Assembly (NCBI GenBank): GCA_946999045.1
Contig: CAMQBR010000001.1
Span: 33,324-97,323, forward strand
Length of the DNA: 64,000 nucleotides
DNA from: an uncultured Prevotella sp.
GTDB lineage: Bacteria; Bacteroidota; Bacteroidia; Bacteroidales; Bacteroidaceae
Direction: 5' to 3'
Each line of letters begins with the position of its first letter. Within the stretch, counting starts at the first letter, position 1. Below, one piece after another: positions 20,610 to 29,839 of the stretch. Both the position numbers and the translations under genes were made by a program. The notes below the pieces were generated by a model. The model saw only the letters and a list, made by a program, of their open reading frames with translations, was not told the DNA's origin and ran no database searches.

Positions 20610-22442
20610 TCAAGTTTCCTGCATATCGTGTAGTTTCTTGTAATATCCACTTTTTTTAATGAGTTCATCGTGTGTACCTCGCTCCACAATACGTCCCTCG
20701 TGCAATACACATATCTCATCAGCATATTTTATGGTAGACAATCGGTGTGCAATAGCCACCGTAGTACGAGTACTCATCAATCTTTCTAAGGCATTTTGTA
20801 CTAATCGTTCGCTTTCAGTATCAAGCGCACTGGTAGCCTCATCTAATATTAAAATAGGTGGATTTTTAAGAATAGCACGTGCAATAGATATACGCTGACG
20901 CTGTCCACCACTTAATTTGTTACCTCTATCTCCAATATTTGTATCAAACTGATGCTCAGATTCCATAATAAAATCATAAGCATTGGCAATGCGAGCTGCA
21001 CGTTCTACATCCTCTTTAGTGGCATAATCTACCCCAAAAGTTATATTGTTATAGAAGGTATCGTTAAAAAGAATAGCCTCTTGATTAACGTTTCCTATTA
21101 ATTGTCGCAAACTATGAATACCTAAGTTGCGCACATTGATACCATCAATAAATACTTCACCCTCTTGAACATCATAGTAACGAGGTATCAAATCTACCAA
21201 TGTAGATTTTCCACTACCACTCTGTCCTACCAAAGCAACAGTCTTTCCTTTAGGTATAACGAGGTTAATGTGGCGCAATACCCACTGATCGTTATACTTA
21301 AATGATACATTGCGAAACTCTATTTCATTTTTAAATTCTGGTATCTGTATAGGTTTTTCTACCTCCTTAATATTTATATTAGTATTTAATATCTTATCAA
21401 TACGCTCAATAGAAGCCAAACCTTTCATAATAGCATACCCCGCTTTAGATACTTCTTTTAGTGGATTAATTATACTATATAGCATTACAAGATAATAAAT
21501 AAAAGTAGAACCACTTAAAACCTGCTGATTAAGAACCAAAATACCACCTACCCATAGCACAATAACTATTATGAAAGTACCTAAAAATTCGCTCATAGGA
21601 TGTGCAAGTTGCTGGCGTATAGTTACCTCCAGCACTGTTTTTCTATATAGATTGTTAACCTTATAAAATCGTTTTATCATTTTACTTTCAGCACAAAACG
21701 CCTTGATAATACGCAAACCTCCTAAAGTTTCTTCTACTTGACTCATGGTATCGCTCCACAAACTTTGTGCTTTTACACTATTTTGCTTGAGCTTTCTGCC
21801 TACTAATCCCATCAACCAACCAAAGATGGGAACAAACAGAATGGTAAAAATAGTCAACTCCCATGAGATAATTAACAAGGTAATAAAATAGGTAATGATG
21901 AGGATAGGATTTTTAAACATCATATCTATTGATGACATGATAGAGTTTTCTATCTCTTGTACATCACCACTCATACGAGCAATAATATCACCTTTGCGTT
22001 CTTCAGAGAAGAATCCAAGCGACAAATATATTACCTTACTATATAGTTTATTGCGAATATCACATACAATACCCGTACGGATAGGCATAACCGATGCCGA
22101 AGAAAGAAAAAAAGAAACTGTTTTAAGAAAGGTCATAAACAACAAAAACAACCCTATAAGCAGTAAAGCCGTAGTTGTACCATAATCGGTTATGAGTTGT
22201 TGTACATAATAATTGGCATTATTTATCAATACAGTGGGCACGTCTTTCAGATTGTTGGGCCATGCCATTAACGTTGTAACTTGTTGTTTAGTAATCTTAA
22301 ACAATATGTTAAGGATAGGAATAATAGCCGCAAACGAAAAGATATTCAATATAGCTGTAAGTATATTGAACAAAACGGATAGGAACACATAACGCTTGTA
22401 TGGACCTACAAACCTTCGCAATATTTGTATAAATTGTTTCAT
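20610..22442 (-). CDS. ABC transporter ATP-binding/permease, MsbA-like lipid A/LPS flippase
   Basis: 6-TM exporter domain plus NBD with Walker A GQSGSGKST, signature LSGGQRQR and Walker B ILILDEATSALD. Confidence 0.85.
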   Translation of the reverse strand: MKQFIQILRRFVGPYKRYVFLSVLFNILTAILNIFSFAAIIPILNILFKITKQQVTTLMAWPNNLKDVPTVLINNANYYVQQLITDYGTTTALLLIGLFLLFMTFLKTVSFFLSSASVMPIRTGIVCDIRNKLYSKVIYLSLGFFSEERKGDIIARMSGDVQEIENSIMSSIDMMFKNPILIITYFITLLIISWELTIFTILFVPIFGWLMGLVGRKLKQNSVKAQSLWSDTMSQVEETLGGLRIIKAFCAESKMIKRFYKVNNLYRKTVLEVTIRQQLAHPMSEFLGTFIIVIVLWVGGILVLNQQVLSGSTFIYYLVMLYSIINPLKEVSKAGYAIMKGLASIERIDKILNTNINIKEVEKPIQIPEFKNEIEFRNVSFKYNDQWVLRHINLVIPKGKTVALVGQSGSGKSTLVDLIPRYYDVQEGEVFIDGINVRNLGIHSLRQLIGNVNQEAILFNDTFYNNITFGVDYATKEDVERAARIANAYDFIMESEHQFDTNIGDRGNKLSGGQRQRISIARAILKNPPILILDEATSALDTESERLVQNALERLMSTRTTVAIAHRLSTIKYADEICVLHEGRIVERGTHDELIKKSGYYKKLHDMQET

Positions 22443-22606
22443 CTTGTAATATCAAGTTCTCATCTACCAAACATCTATGCTAAAATAAGCAATAATAGGA
22501 TGATAATATTATTTTGCAAAGATAATTAATTTTGTTTGATTTCAAAAATTACTCTTTATTATGACTATCATAGCATAATCTGTGGTTAACTATCCAATTG
22601 TAATTA

Positions 22607-22719
22607 GGGTGTTTCTATCAATTAGCTTTGACAAATTGACCTCAAAAAGAGCCCACAAGATGACAAAACGTAAAAAGACTGACATAAAAACTTTACGGTG
22701 GTAATTTATAAAACCGCCC
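22607..22719 (-). mobile_element. MITE-like element copy 2 (family 1, internally deleted, 113 bp), TSD ATTA
   Basis: GGGTGTTTCTATCAATTAGCTTTGAC…CTTTACGGTGGTAATTTATAAAACCGCCC. Lacks the central palindrome. 98 bp upstream of manC. Confidence 0.7.
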
Positions 22720-22817
22720 ATTATAAATTAAAAATGGTATAATTTATTATAAAATAATTGGAAATATAGTTTTTAATATATATCTTCGTTCTTATATTAA
22801 CCATTCATATTATTATC

Positions 22818-23900
22818 ATGGTAGAAAACAACTATTGCATTATACTTGCAGGTGGAAAGGGTAAACGTTTGTGGCCCTGCAGCAGAGAGGAAAAACCAAA
22901 ACAATTTATCGACTTCTTTGGAACTAAACAAACCTTACTTCAACAAACATACAAAAGAATGTTAAAGGTAGTTCCTAAAGAAAATATTCTCATAAGTACT
23001 AATAAAACATACTTAAAATGGGTGAAAGAGCAATTACCATCGGTTTCAGAAGATAGCATATTAGCCGAACCTATACACCGAAACACAGCTCCAAGTGTAG
23101 CATGGGCTGCACATCGCATATTAAAATTTAATGCCAATGCCAATTTATTAGTAGCACCGTCCGATCAAATTATTTTTAATGAAGAGGCATTTATAAAAGA
23201 TATTCAGAAAGGATTTAGATTTGTTAAACAAAAAGAAGGATTGCTTACCTTAGGTATAAAACCTACCCGCCCCGAACCTGGATATGGATATATACAATTA
23301 GGTGAACCTTTAGGTAATGATTTGTATAGCGTACAATCATTTACCGAAAAACCAGAAAGATATTTTGCCACCATGTTTGTTAAAAGTGGAGAATTTTATT
23401 GGAACACAGGTATGTTTATATCAAACATTGCATTTTTATCACATTGTATTAATAAGTTTTTGCCGTTTGTATTGGGTAACCTTGATACAATGAACCCTCA
23501 TTGGACTATTGAAGAAGAAAATCAATTTATTAATGACAACTATCCTCTCTATCCTAATCTATCAGTTGATTACGGTGTACTAGAAAAATCAGAACACGTA
23601 TACGTAATGAAATGTAGCTTTGGTTGGGCAGATATTGGTACATGGCATAGCATTTACGAGGCTATGCAGAAAAGTGAAAATGATAATGTAGTAATAGATA
23701 GTGATGTTATTTTAGAAGAAAGTCATAATAATGTAATTAAACTTCCTAAAGGTAAACTTGGCATCATTAACGGACTCGATGGATATATCATTGCCGAACA
23801 TGGTAACGTACTGCTTATTTGTAAAAAAGAAGATTCATCCGCATTAGTTAGAAAATATGTAAACAAAGCTCAGATAAAAAAAGGAATTGATTTTATATAA
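22818..23900 (+). CDS. manC: Mannose-1-phosphate guanylyltransferase
   Basis: IILAGGKGKRLWPCSREEKPKQF nucleotidyltransferase N-terminus. 360 aa with no PMI domain. Confidence 0.8.
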   Translation: MVENNYCIILAGGKGKRLWPCSREEKPKQFIDFFGTKQTLLQQTYKRMLKVVPKENILISTNKTYLKWVKEQLPSVSEDSILAEPIHRNTAPSVAWAAHRILKFNANANLLVAPSDQIIFNEEAFIKDIQKGFRFVKQKEGLLTLGIKPTRPEPGYGYIQLGEPLGNDLYSVQSFTEKPERYFATMFVKSGEFYWNTGMFISNIAFLSHCINKFLPFVLGNLDTMNPHWTIEEENQFINDNYPLYPNLSVDYGVLEKSEHVYVMKCSFGWADIGTWHSIYEAMQKSENDNVVIDSDVILEESHNNVIKLPKGKLGIINGLDGYIIAEHGNVLLICKKEDSSALVRKYVNKAQIKKGIDFI

Positions 23901-23903
23901 TAA

Positions 23904-24089
23904 GGCAGGTTCTATAAATTATCACCATATATAGTTAGTAAATTTTACGAAATACGTTTTGTTTCCTTTTGGCTTCTTTTTATAGAAAATAGGCTACAAA
24001 TCAGATAAACTTAATTGTATTCGGTCTACACTTTTTTCGATTCAAAAATAAATTAAAAAATCTAACAAGGCTAATTTATAGAACCAACC
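23904..24089 (+). mobile_element. MITE-like element copy 3 (divergent interior, same TIR type), TSD ATAA
   Basis: GGCAGGTTCTATAAATTATCACC…AAGGCTAATTTATAGAACCAACC. Begins 4 bp after the manC stop. Confidence 0.55.
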
Positions 24090-24214
24090 ATAACATCTAA
24101 AAAAAAACTTGTACATATTTTTAACACAGATAAAACATAATCACACTAAACATTAGGTTGCATTTTTTATCTGTGGTTAGGTAATTTTGAAAAACTACAC
24201 TCCCACTTATTTAT

Positions 24215-24534
24215 TTATCAACAAAAAGTGTAGATAACTATGTTTATAACCTCTGTATAACTCACAATTTACTAACACTACCTTAAATTAACCAAACAAG
24301 AAGTAGATATCCACATAGTTATCACAGCTATTTACCTATAATATCCACAGTTTTTCAACGAAAAAAAATATCAACTTATTAACAATACCCGTATAACTCG
24401 CTCTTTGTTGATAACTATTATAAGTAACAGATACACAACAAAAAGATATTATTCCAATAGGTGTATAATAGAAAACATAAATTTAATAACTAAATAGAGA
24501 AATATTTAGATAAAAATTTATCAACATATCCACA
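24215..24534. promoter_or_regulatory. Cluster of DnaA-box-like 9-mers in AT-rich gene-free region (candidate oriC / DnaA-binding locus)
   Basis: TTATCAACA (24215), TTATCTACA rc (24229), ATATCCACA (24307), TTATCACAG (24319), ATATCCACA (24341), GTTATCAAC rc (24407), TTATCAACA (24518), ATATCCACA (24526). Six are within 1 mismatch of TTATCCACA in 320 bp. Confidence 0.35.
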
Positions 24535-24750
24535 CTATATCATCCCTCTATTGTTTTATCTCTTTTAAATTTTAAAAAGAGTAAATATATAAATAGAGTG
24601 TTGAAAAGAAGAAGAAGAATAATATTGGACATACACTTCTATTTATTGAATTTTTTTTAAGAAATAGTAGGTATTATGTTGCAACTGCTAACATTAATGA
24701 GATTACTTTTAAGTGAGCCACTCCATTTTATAAGGATACCTACCTATCAA

Positions 24751-24765
24751 ATTATAGAACCGCCC
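24751..24765. repeat. Solo MITE family-1 terminus
   Basis: ATTATAGAACCGCCC. Confidence 0.35.
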
Positions 24766-24866
24766 TATGTAAAGAATGATAATAGATATATTTTTATTAG
24801 TTTCTTCAAAAAAAATATTCCTAAAAAATATATATACTTAGATAAATATATTTATATTTGTATAAA

Positions 24867-25058
24867 GGGCGGTTCTATAGATTAGCTTTGACAGATTGTG
24901 AGACTATTTTTGAGGTCAATTTGTTTGTAAGCGAAGGAGTATAGCGAGCTATACTCCTGAACGAACAAGCAAATTGAACCAAAAAGAGTCCACAAGATGA
25001 TAAAACGTAAATAGACTGGCATAAAAAAACTTTACGGTGGTAATTTATAGAACCGCCC
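24867..25058 (-). mobile_element. MITE-like element copy 4 (family 1, 192 bp), TSD TAAA
   Basis: Reverse orientation. The ACCACCGTAAAG end lies 34 bp upstream of the 25092 ATG. Flanked by TAAA. Confidence 0.8.
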
Positions 25059-25091
25059 TAAAATAATTTCAACTCATTTATTTATTAGTTT

Positions 25092-26255
25092 ATGAAATAT
25101 ATATATAGTAAACTTCAAACTGTTATGTTAGAGAAAAATATTCTCTTTATTCTTTATTTTTTGATTAATTTACTATTCATTATAAAATATGGCTCACGAG
25201 TAACTAACATTCCTATTCTTTTTATTGTTATCATAAGTTACTTTTTTATTGTATATATAACTTTGAAGATATGCCAACGAATAAAAAATGTTAATAGTTT
25301 ATGTTTATTATTTTTTGTTTGTATATTTTTATTTTTATGGATATTAGGGCAATATAGTATAGATCCTATGAGTATAAAAGTAGATAGGTGGTCAGCTATT
25401 CATAATTTTATAAATTATTTTTTAGATGGTAAATATCCCTATTTAGCTCAAACTCATTTAGGAGGTTATGGTTCTCCATTTCCTATTTGGCAAATATTTC
25501 ATATTCCGTTTTATTTATTAGGGAATGTAGGATTGTCTATTTTTGCTATTTTTTCTTATTTTATTTATGTACAAAAAAGAATTTTAGGTAATCAATACGC
25601 ATTAATTGTTTTATTTCTTTTTGTTCTTTCACCTGCTTTTTTATATGAAATTTTGGTAAGAAGTGATTTAGTAACAAATTTTCTTCTATTGAGCTCTTTT
25701 CTACAAATAGTTCTATATAAAGGTAAAAATTTACAGAACTCTTTTTATAGTATTGCTATTTTATGTGGATTATTTTTAAGTACTCGCTTAAGTATAGCGA
25801 TAGCTTGTATTATCTTCTTTTTTCCTTCGTATTTACAATTATCTATAAAAAGAAAGATATTGTTTCCTCTATTGGTGATAATTATTTTTTCTTTTACATT
25901 TCTACCATTTATTATTTGGAATATGGATGAATTATTTTTCTTTAAATATAATCCTTTTATATTACAAACAAGACAAGGTAGTATACTTGATGTTCTATTT
26001 ATTTGCTTAATAATATGTTATATAGTTATTAGATTAAAGGGTGATTATTTAAAAACTTTCTGTAATATAGCATATGCCTATATTTTGTTTATAGCTTTTG
26101 TAGCTATCCATCTTATAATTTCAGTTCAAAGTTATGATGTATTCTTAACGTCTTTATTTGATATAACCTATTTTGATATGTCGTTACCATTTTTAATATG
26201 TTCTTTGGGTATATATTTAGTAAAGAGAAGAATTAATAGCAAAAATATAAAATAA
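25092..26255 (+). CDS. Polytopic membrane protein, GT-C-like (DUF2029-like), very low GC
   Basis: 387 aa, at least 10 TM helices. Motif …THLGGYGSPFPIWQ… is analogous to the 11403-12593 protein. Strongly AT-biased codon usage. Confidence 0.4.
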   Translation: MKYIYSKLQTVMLEKNILFILYFLINLLFIIKYGSRVTNIPILFIVIISYFFIVYITLKICQRIKNVNSLCLLFFVCIFLFLWILGQYSIDPMSIKVDRWSAIHNFINYFLDGKYPYLAQTHLGGYGSPFPIWQIFHIPFYLLGNVGLSIFAIFSYFIYVQKRILGNQYALIVLFLFVLSPAFLYEILVRSDLVTNFLLLSSFLQIVLYKGKNLQNSFYSIAILCGLFLSTRLSIAIACIIFFFPSYLQLSIKRKILFPLLVIIIFSFTFLPFIIWNMDELFFFKYNPFILQTRQGSILDVLFICLIICYIVIRLKGDYLKTFCNIAYAYILFIAFVAIHLIISVQSYDVFLTSLFDITYFDMSLPFLICSLGIYLVKRRINSKNIK

Positions 26256-26283
26256 GCCCTGTATTTTATACTGGTATTATCTT

Positions 26284-28290
26284 CTACCTAATGATTGCTA
26301 TTTTACATATAGTTCCTTTATCTCCATTATTGTCAGCAGTTTGTACCATATATATGCCTGAAGCTACACGATTACCATTTAGGTCTTTTCCATCCCATAT
26401 AAATATACCTCCATTACTTCTTCCTGTTGAAACTAATATTCCGTTACTGGTAACTATTTTAATATCGGAGTTGAATGATAACCCTGTAATTGTTATTAGT
26501 CCATTATAATTAGGATCAACAGGATTAGGATAGGCATATACTGTCTCTTTCGTCATTTCTTTTTGTGCTAAATTTGCATCTGATAAGTATGAGCAGAGTC
26601 CTTTATCTGTACCAAAAAATACTTCTCCTGTTGTATTATTTATTGCAATAGATTCTATATTATTTGAAAGAAGCGGACTATTAGCTTTAGTAAAATGTTT
26701 AATCTCTTTTGTATAATCAGAACTTATAAGATATACTCCATTACCTAATGTTCCGAACCACAAACGATTAGCACCATCAATAGCCATAGAATAGATATGA
26801 ACTCCGTTCAATAAATAATCTGCTAAGTTTGTTCCATCGTTCCTATTAATCTTAATTTGTTCTAATTTTACATTATCATTTTGAGAAATTTGAGAGGCTT
26901 TTAATAAAAGAGGACCAGTGTTTGTTCCTATCCATATATTATGTTCTAAGTCTTCTGCAATACATTCAACTCTATTTACTTCTATTACATCATTATCTGT
27001 ATTGATAAATTTTTTGTATGATTTTAATAATTTTATTGATGGTTGATAACAGAAAAAAGAAGGAATAACCCAGTGTCGGTTAACAAACCACATCATAGAA
27101 CGGCTATCGAACATTAGTCCTTGCATAGCTCCTAAACTTTGCTTATTTTTATTTAATAATGCTGTTGTATGGTGCGATATCCATTTGCCTTCTTTAGTAA
27201 GTTCTATTATGGATTGTGAAGAAGCCATACTGTTAAGTAGCCATAAATTTCCGTCTTTGTCAAATTTGATAGATTCTATGACGGTATATATATTATTATT
27301 GCCTAATGCTGATTGTAGCGGACTATTATCAATATTATAGTGTTTTACTAATTTTTTATTTTTAAATTCATAAAGTCCTGTTCTTCCACTGACAAAAATA
27401 TGTGTATTATCGTTTGGATCTACATCAATTGATAGATTGTCTATATTTTGATGTCCTATTTTTTTTTCTAAATTGTCATCATAGATAATCCATTTATTAT
27501 TTGTGTCTAATATTTGCGCTGTTCCTAAACGTGCATCATCACCATCTGGCCCATATCCTCCACTTGTTGAATACAGTATATTGTTAATAACCTTAATACT
27601 CCCAAAGTAATTGTATTTTGGCCCTTCTGGGCGATATTTTTCGGCTTCTTTCTTTAGCTTTTCATCTAAAGGTTGTTTTTTTGGAGTAAATGCTCCTACA
27701 TATTTCCAGTTGTTTTTATCTAATAAATTACTGCTGAGTGCAGCTGAATATTTGCCATGAGATGATGACTCGGCAATAATTTTTCCATTGTTTATGTGCG
27801 ACCAGTTAACCTTAAACCCTAACTGGTAGGTGTCGCTAATCTCTGCTTTTCGCACATTGAGCTTAATGATACCAAAGTTAGTGGATAAATAAGCATAAAT
27901 ACCATCAATATCAACAGCATAAACAGTTTTCTCTTGGTTGATATCCTTGGTATAAAAGTCGGATATATTAACTATGTTGCCATGAAGATTTAACAAATCA
28001 ATATTACCATTTTTGTAGACGATAACCAGGCGTTTTACCGCCTTGTTATAAGCAATATGCGCAATATCCACATCGTTCAGTACAGTTGTTTTGTCGTATG
28101 TTTGTACGCTATTGTCGTTTTTATGATATGAAAAAAGTGCGCCCGATGCCAATACAAATATTGTGTTGCCAGCAGGTTGTATTTCTGTTATCTCGTAATA
28201 AGAAGGATACATTTTCCATGTTTCCACTTGTGCTATACCCGATAAATAACATACCATATATATTAATAAGGTGAGAAATACTTTTTTCAT
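26284..28290 (-). CDS. T9SS C-terminal-domain protein with two-component-regulator-propeller-type repeats
   Basis: Signal peptide MKKVFLTLLIYMVCYLSGIAQ, repeated beta-propeller blades, and a C-terminal Por-secretion sorting domain (…YPNPVDPNYNGLITI…ASGIYMVQTADNNGDKGTICKIAIIR). Confidence 0.6.
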   Translation of the reverse strand: MKKVFLTLLIYMVCYLSGIAQVETWKMYPSYYEITEIQPAGNTIFVLASGALFSYHKNDNSVQTYDKTTVLNDVDIAHIAYNKAVKRLVIVYKNGNIDLLNLHGNIVNISDFYTKDINQEKTVYAVDIDGIYAYLSTNFGIIKLNVRKAEISDTYQLGFKVNWSHINNGKIIAESSSHGKYSAALSSNLLDKNNWKYVGAFTPKKQPLDEKLKKEAEKYRPEGPKYNYFGSIKVINNILYSTSGGYGPDGDDARLGTAQILDTNNKWIIYDDNLEKKIGHQNIDNLSIDVDPNDNTHIFVSGRTGLYEFKNKKLVKHYNIDNSPLQSALGNNNIYTVIESIKFDKDGNLWLLNSMASSQSIIELTKEGKWISHHTTALLNKNKQSLGAMQGLMFDSRSMMWFVNRHWVIPSFFCYQPSIKLLKSYKKFINTDNDVIEVNRVECIAEDLEHNIWIGTNTGPLLLKASQISQNDNVKLEQIKINRNDGTNLADYLLNGVHIYSMAIDGANRLWFGTLGNGVYLISSDYTKEIKHFTKANSPLLSNNIESIAINNTTGEVFFGTDKGLCSYLSDANLAQKEMTKETVYAYPNPVDPNYNGLITITGLSFNSDIKIVTSNGILVSTGRSNGGIFIWDGKDLNGNRVASGIYMVQTADNNGDKGTICKIAIIR

Positions 28291-28305
28291 ATCATACCAC
28301 AACGT

Positions 28306-28896
28306 TTAATGCTTGGAAGATTTTTGCTTAAAGAACGCAGCCAATTTAGCTACTGCTTGTGCCCGATGTGATATTTTGTTCTTTATATCCATGCCTAATT
28401 GTGCAAAACTCTCTTTATATCCATCGGGTATAAAGAGAGGGTCGTAGCCAAACCCCTCATTTCCATGCTTCTCTTCGCTGATTGTTCCGTTGATTTTGCC
28501 TTCAAATAAATAAGTTTCTTTACCTTGTAATAAAGCAATTACAGTGCGGAAACAAGCCTTTCTGTTTTTTTTCCCATGCAGTTCACGCAAAAGTTTTTGC
28601 ATATTAGCTTCGCTGTCGTGGTCTTTTCCGTCAGCATATCGTGCACTATGTACTCCTGGTCTGTTGTTTAAAGCTTCTACTTCCAAGCCTGTATCATCGG
28701 CAAAACAATCTAAATGATAGTGTACTTTTACGTAGTTAGCCTTTTGAAGAGCGTTTTCTTTAAGTGTAGTCCCTGTCTCTGGAATATCTTCATGACAGCC
28801 AATATCCTGTAAAGAAACAATTTCTATTTGTTCTCCCAAGATATTTCTTATTTCCTGCAACTTATTTTTGTTGTTCGTTGCAAATACTATCTTCAT
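28306..28896 (-). CDS. rdgB: Non-canonical purine NTP pyrophosphatase (RdgB/HAM1)
   Basis: [21 protein letters not shown] canonical start; …[27 protein letters not shown]. Confidence 0.85.
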   Translation of the reverse strand: MKIVFATNNKNKLQEIRNILGEQIEIVSLQDIGCHEDIPETGTTLKENALQKANYVKVHYHLDCFADDTGLEVEALNNRPGVHSARYADGKDHDSEANMQKLLRELHGKKNRKACFRTVIALLQGKETYLFEGKINGTISEEKHGNEGFGYDPLFIPDGYKESFAQLGMDIKNKISHRAQAVAKLAAFFKQKSSKH

Positions 28897-29839
28897 TTTT
28901 TTTTAACTTTTCTATGTGTTTTTGTTTTACCTTTACTTTTATTTGGTCAAATCCTTCACCGTAAACACCGATAACAGAACTCTGGCTAACAAAGGCATTA
29001 GGGTCGGTTAGCTTAATTAAACGAAAAATGAGTTGGCTCTCGCTTTTCCGAGCCAATAAGCATATAACCTTTATATCTTGTCCTGTATACCAGCCATGTC
29101 CGTCAAGGATAGTTAGTCCATGGTCGGTTTCTTTAGATAAAACTCTGGCTATATTTTCATATTTACGTGAGTAAATCATAAACTGTACCGACTGGCGTTG
29201 CCTTGCATATACTAAGTCAAGCATAGAGCACTCAATGAAAATAGTACAGTAGCCAAATACAACTTTATGAGCGCGTTCTGCCATTTCGCCTAATTGTGGA
29301 AAGAAGAAACAGCTACTTACAATGCACACATCAACTAATATCAAAACTTGTCCGAGTGATAAATCTTTGTATTTGTTAACACAAGCAGCAATAATATCCG
29401 AACCTCCAGTGCTACCGTTATTCAAGAATACTATTGCTAATGATGAGCCAGTAATACAACATCCTATTACCATAGACATAAAGTCTTGTCCCTCGCCCAA
29501 TACTTTTACAAAGTTTCCGTGCGCATCCACAGGCATTAAGTCTTGCGCTACCTTCAACATAAAGTACAGGGCAAAGATAGCATAGATAGTCTTCATCATA
29601 AATTTGAATCCCAAGATTTTAAGAGCCACGATTAACAAACATATGTTGATAATCATGTACGTATTTTCAATCTTAAAACCTGTGGCATAATATACTATAG
29701 CCGACATACCTGTAATGCCACCTGTTACTATCTCGTATGGCAGTAAGAAGATAGTAAATGCCATGGTATAAAGTAAAAGCCCAAATGTGATAAATACGTA
29801 GTCTTTTACTTCAGAGTAAATAAGTTCTTTGTGCTTCAT
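28862..29839 (-). CDS. YitT-family membrane protein (DUF161 + DUF2179)
   Basis: [39 protein letters not shown] is typical YitT. Confidence 0.7.
   Translation of the reverse strand: MKHKELIYSEVKDYVFITFGLLLYTMAFTIFLLPYEIVTGGITGMSAIVYYATGFKIENTYMIINICLLIVALKILGFKFMMKTIYAIFALYFMLKVAQDLMPVDAHGNFVKVLGEGQDFMSMVIGCCITGSSLAIVFLNNGSTGGSDIIAACVNKYKDLSLGQVLILVDVCIVSSCFFFPQLGEMAERAHKVVFGYCTIFIECSMLDLVYARQRQSVQFMIYSRKYENIARVLSKETDHGLTILDGHGWYTGQDIKVICLLARKSESQLIFRLIKLTDPNAFVSQSSVIGVYGEGFDQIKVKVKQKHIEKLKKNEDSICNEQQK

Noticed and set aside
24676-24885. 69-aa ORF
   Set aside because: Lies across MITE fragments and extreme AT-rich sequence, with no coding signature.
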